Shown one piece after another: positions 59,693 to 64,000 of a DNA stretch of 64,000 nucleotides. The notes beneath the pieces were generated by a model. That model did not search any database. It worked only from the letters and a program-made list of their open reading frames with translations, and was not told the DNA's origin. A program made the position numbers and the translations under genes. Positions within the stretch are counted from its first letter, which is position 1. Every line of letters starts with the position of its first letter. The stretch lies in assembly GCF_009914755.1 (NCBI RefSeq), contig NC_060925.1. One strand, given 5' to 3'. Source of the DNA: the human T2T-CHM13v2.0 reference genome, Homo sapiens.

Positions 59693-60077
59693 TGCTATGG
59701 TTTGTATGTGTTTCCCAAATTTCATGTGTTGGAAACTTAATATTCGAATTCATATGTTGATGGCATTTGGAGGTGAGGCCTTTGAAAGGTAATTAGAATC
59801 AGATAAGGTCATTATGGTAGGGCCCCCATGATTGAACCAGAGGCTTTATAAGAAGAGAAAGAGAGATCTGGGCTAGCATGCTCTGCCCCCTCACCATGAG
59901 ATGCCCTGAGCTGCCTTGGGACTCTACAGAGAGTCCTAACTAGCAAGAAGTTCCACACCCATGCAGCCCCTAGACCTTGGATTTTCCAGCCTCTAGCGCT
60001 ATAAGAAATAATTTTTTTCTTTATAAATTACCTAGTCTCAGGTACTCAGTTATAGAAACAGAAAATTGACTAAGACA
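59693..60077 (+). mobile_element. MSTC/MSTD-type MaLR LTR
   Basis: tgctatggtttg...ttcatgtgttggaaacttaa...gactaagaca. Confidence 0.88.
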
Positions 60078-60847
60078 AGCCTTAAGATAGTTTGTGGTGC
60101 AGAGTAAGTGCTCAGTTCATGTTAGCTATCCAGTTTTTGTTACATGATATATGTATAGATTCTCCATTGAATATGTATCCAAGACCCACCATCTCCTTAC
60201 ATAAAAGCATAAGCACACAGTGCTGATGTTGGGATTTTGGTCTACATTTGTTATGCCTATTTATAGGAGCTCTTATTTTATTAAGATAGGGGGACTAGTT
60301 TCAGGAACTGAACCCCACTGATGAGATGGGATTTATTAAAATGTGTCTAAACTAACTGATTTTCATGGGATCCTTCATGTCAGGGATGTGGTGAGACTAC
60401 TCAGAAGACATTCATGCTGCACAGGAGAGATCCCATTCCTTCTCAGCCTTTGGTTTTCTGACTGACAAATACAGACCTTTGTGACTTCTTCATATGGTTA
60501 CATGTACCATTCCTCTGAGGCCTCTCTAGATCATCTTAAACCAGATGTGGCAGAAGCAAGACACAGGGATCTGAGTGTGGACAAGTGAAAGTTAAACAAG
60601 ATACTGAGAAGTGTATTTCTAAAACTCAGTGATTTGATCATTCTCCAACACTGATATGTTCATGGGACTCCAGCTAGGACTTCAGAGTTTATACAAAGCC
60701 CTCACGAAAGTGTAGGGGCCTGGAGTCCTGCCTGCCTGAGTTTGCCATTTTTCCCTTTCTTCCCCCAGGGTTGGGTTCTGATATTCCATCTTTCTGCATT
60801 TCCTTCTCTTAAGTAGGGAGTCCTGGAAACCCACCCTCCCTTAGAAT

Positions 60848-61020
60848 AATGTTTCCAGACTTGCTTGATTCTATGACTCATGTAGGTGCTTGCTAGGTAC
60901 AGATTTAAAGACCTCACTCCAGACCCCTTGGATTCGAATCTCCTGATGAAGAATCTGGAATCTATTTTTAACAAGTACCTCCGGGTAATTCTTATCATAA
61001 GCCAAGTTTGGGAAACACTG
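60848..61020. mobile_element. MER5B hAT MITE
   Basis: tattttaacaag...gtaattcttatcat...agtttgggaaacactg; 8-bp TSD ccttagaa / tcttagaa. Confidence 0.82.
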
Positions 61021-61074
61021 TCTTAGAACATTTTACTTTCATCTTTCCTCTGGTTCTGGGATAGTGAATAACTG

Positions 61075-61217
61075 CCAGTGGCAGACATCATTAATTGATC
61101 ACAGGACTCTTTCACTCTGAGCCTGGAGAAGGCCTCAGAACCCATAACAAGCACTTGAGGCAGCCACCAGTCATCAGGGGGAGCTACAATGGAGGTGAAA
61201 TATAATTGCCATCCCTG
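61075..61217 (-). mobile_element. MER117-like hAT MITE
   Basis: ggcagacatcattaattgatcac...ctgagcctgg...ggcctcagaa...ggcagccacc...ttgccatccctg. Confidence 0.75.
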
Positions 61218-62259
61218 CTCTAGTGAATATGTATTCTTGTGGTGTTGACATTTTCTTGATCTGTTGATGGATATACAAGAAGTCCAAATGAAAAGACTCT
61301 GGGAGAACCCAAGTCCATCTAGGACTTTCTGCTGACCTGTTGACACCTCCACAGACAGATATTTTCAGAGAGAGGTCAAAGGTCTCCTCTTTGACCCCTC
61401 TAGTGGGTATTTTCCTCCTGTTTTTCCAGAGAATAAGTCCACACTGGTCATGGGGCATGGTAGATAGTGATAAGAGTATATCTGCTGACCATACTGGAGG
61501 ATACTAGGAGAGTGTGGGGTGAGGAAAGTTTTGTGGGGTGTTAAAACTTTTGAGTCTTGGTCACAATGTAGCACTTAGAGTGGGGCTTAGATGCCTGTGA
61601 TGATGGCAGATCCATAAAACTTCCTTGATTTCTTCCACGGTGCCTCTTTTCTCTCTGTATTACTCCAAGATGCTAAAGTATCACCACTGTAAAGGAATGG
61701 GCCAGACCAGGACCAGATAATAGAATAACAAAGCTCCTTAAAAGGCTTGAAGGTTAGTTAGTATGGGAGACAAGCAGGAAATCGTGCTATTGCAGAGTGT
61801 GATTCCCATGGAGAGCCACTAGGTGCTGTGAGGACAGACAAAAAGGAGAGGCTGATCTGCCCTGGAATTGGGAGCAGGGGAACAAGTGTGGAGGCAAAAG
61901 AAGTGATTGCAACAGAGCCCTGTTACGTAAGTAAGAGTTGAAAAGAGAGAAAAGGCATTCCTGGCAAATATCCACACAGAAGCTTGCAGCTGCTCACTTC
62001 CAGGGGTCAAGTAGGAGTGGGAGCATGGCTGGAGGGCAGCCTGTGTACTTGGGTAGGGGAAGGGGCAGGGAGGGCAGGGTATGGCTGGCCCTGGGGCTGG
62101 AGAGGGCAGCAACTGACCAATCTAAGAGAAGAGATCTTAGAGGCTCCTACTTGAACAGTTTGGTCCTGTTTGATCATCTTACAGAAACTCACCAGTCCAT
62201 AAGCCTGCACACATGGAGCTCCCATTGAGCATTTCAGTGCCTCCTTCTCAAATATGAAA

Positions 62260-63690
62260 GGTAATCAGTGTCGCCAGATGTTTGAGGAACCACAGTATCA
62301 TGGAAAGAAAAGAGAAAAAAAAATCAGAGGAAATAGAAGCAATGTACAAAGGAAAAAAACAACCAAATAATTAATATTCCCAGAGATACAGGGGGAATAT
62401 TATATCCTTAAACAAGAATACATAACTATTTAAAAATAAATATTAACAGAAAGCTCTTAAAAATTAAAAATATTGTAACAGAAATAAACAACTCAATAAG
62501 ATGACTGTAAAAATAAGTTAAGAAGATCTTCAGAGAGAAGCACCCAACTCAAAGAGATGGAAAACGGAAGAAAGTGTAAGATTACATATAACACCAGTGT
62601 AACAGCCAGTATTTATTTGAATAGCAGGAGTTCCAGAAAGAGAGAAATCAAAGGGGAAAATTATTGAAGTAACAAACTATGACATGAGTTTCTAGATTGA
62701 AACGGCCACCAAGTGCCAGAACGATGGATGGAAAACGTCCCCTACTCACTGATATTCAAAGAATCAAGGATCAGAAAAGCATCAGACTTCTCAGCATCAA
62801 CACTGAAAGGAGGAAGCAATGAAGAAATACTTCAAAGTCCTGAGGGGAATGGGGGATGATTACCATTTTACAATTTTATATTCAGTCAAACTATTAATCA
62901 AGTGTGAGAATATAATAGAAAATCATCCCTCCTGTACAAGATCTCAAAATATTGCTTCCTGTGAATCCTTATGCAGAAAGCTACTGAAGGATATTCCCCA
63001 CCAAGATAAGAGAGTAAATCAAGAAAGTGGATGTCCAGAATCCAGCAAACAGGAATTTAATACAGGAGAGGGCCAAGGGAATTCCTGATTTAATGATGAA
63101 GAGAAGTTCCAGAATGACAGATGAATGGCAGACCATGTTAGAGCAGGAGAACCAAGGAAAGAATTAAACCAATACATAATTTGATAGATGTCAACATATT
63201 TGAAAGACAATTATAATTCTTCCAGAGAGCTCAGGCATGAAATAGCAATAGATACATACAAAACCAAGGAAGTGACAAATCAGGGCAATGAAAAAACCCA
63301 AGGAAAGCAACAAAGTTGTACAATAGAGGAAATATTAATATAATCATGGCACACCAAGTAACTCAACTTGAAAATAATATAATCATAATAATTTAAATAC
63401 TGAATACTAATATTGTCCCCAAAATGATGTTATATTCATATTGAGAGGATAAGAGGATATGTGTTTGTGGGGGATAAGAGAGCTATAATCCTCTTCTTAC
63501 ATAGAAGGTCATTAATAAATGATAAGTAATTTTAAAAAACAGTAGAATAAACATGTTTCTTAAAAATATGGAGTTAATACTGGAAGAAACAACTAGAAGA
63601 TCTGAAAATGGTTGCTTTGGGGAAGAAGGAACCAGGAGAAATAAGAATGCTGCCTTCCCTTCAAAGTCTTACGTAAATATTTATTATTCT
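62260..63690 (+). mobile_element. HAL1 (half-L1, ORF1-only) element
   Basis: Degenerate ORF1 (ggagttccagaaagagaga, gcatcagacttctcagcatcaacactgaa) followed directly by a HAL1-like 3' region (aaaatggttgc...gggga), with no ORF2. Confidence 0.65.
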
Positions 63691-63699
63691 AAACTAGGT

Positions 63700-64000
63700 A
63701 GGGAGAGAGTGCCCGATGGCTGAGTAGATGCAGCCAGGACAAGCATCTCCCACTGAGGGACAGGGCATTGGGAATACTGGCACACTCCTAGCAAGTCTTC
63801 AGAGGGAAGACACTGAGAACAAATGGAGGGAGGATGCAGATGCTTGGCTGAAGTGGGAGGAAACCCCTGCATGGGGCTACTATGCACCAGAACTCATTTC
63901 TGGCTCCTGGTGACTCCTGGGGAAGGTGGGAGCTAAATAGACAAGGAGCAACTCACTCTCTCCACGGGCTTCTGGAATCCCAGCAGGAGATCCCTTGACC
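63700..64000 (+). mobile_element. 5' end (5'UTR) of an older L1P (about PA12-16), running off the window
   Basis: gggagagag...gatggctgagtagatgcagccagg...catctcccactgag, resembling the L1P start with its (aa)gatggc YY1 site. Confidence 0.65.

Overview
This is primate, very probably human, non-coding genomic DNA; it carries an AluYa5, a human-lineage subfamily. I can support no protein-coding gene, RNA gene or CRISPR array. Every ORF with recognisable protein content is a decayed transposon: L1 ORF2, the CR1/L3 reverse transcriptase, or a pogo/Tigger transposase C-terminus. The remaining ORFs are Alu/LTR read-through or random. The window is a layered transposable-element record. Three AT-rich L1 blocks (about 2.5-6.4, 24.3-31.5 and 52.6-58.6 kb), a HAL1 and an L1 5'UTR at the right end alternate with a MIR/L2/MaLR/hAT-rich block (about 32-52 kb) that has short unique islands. 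Many insertions keep readable target-site duplications (TSDs), so nesting order can be reconstructed. The most notable observations are: (i) a 114-nt, frame-open candidate exon in a CR1/L3 fossil whose donor site is base-paired in a near-perfect hairpin; (ii) an AG|GTAAG recursive-splice-like site at the end of a CpG-enriched unique island; (iii) a young AluYa5; (iv) a 62-bp x3 VNTR; and (v) several template-switch or repair scars inside old L1s. I do not see convincing evidence of a novel biological system. Subfamily names come from recalled consensus motifs, not from a RepeatMasker run, and boundaries of old elements are approximate.
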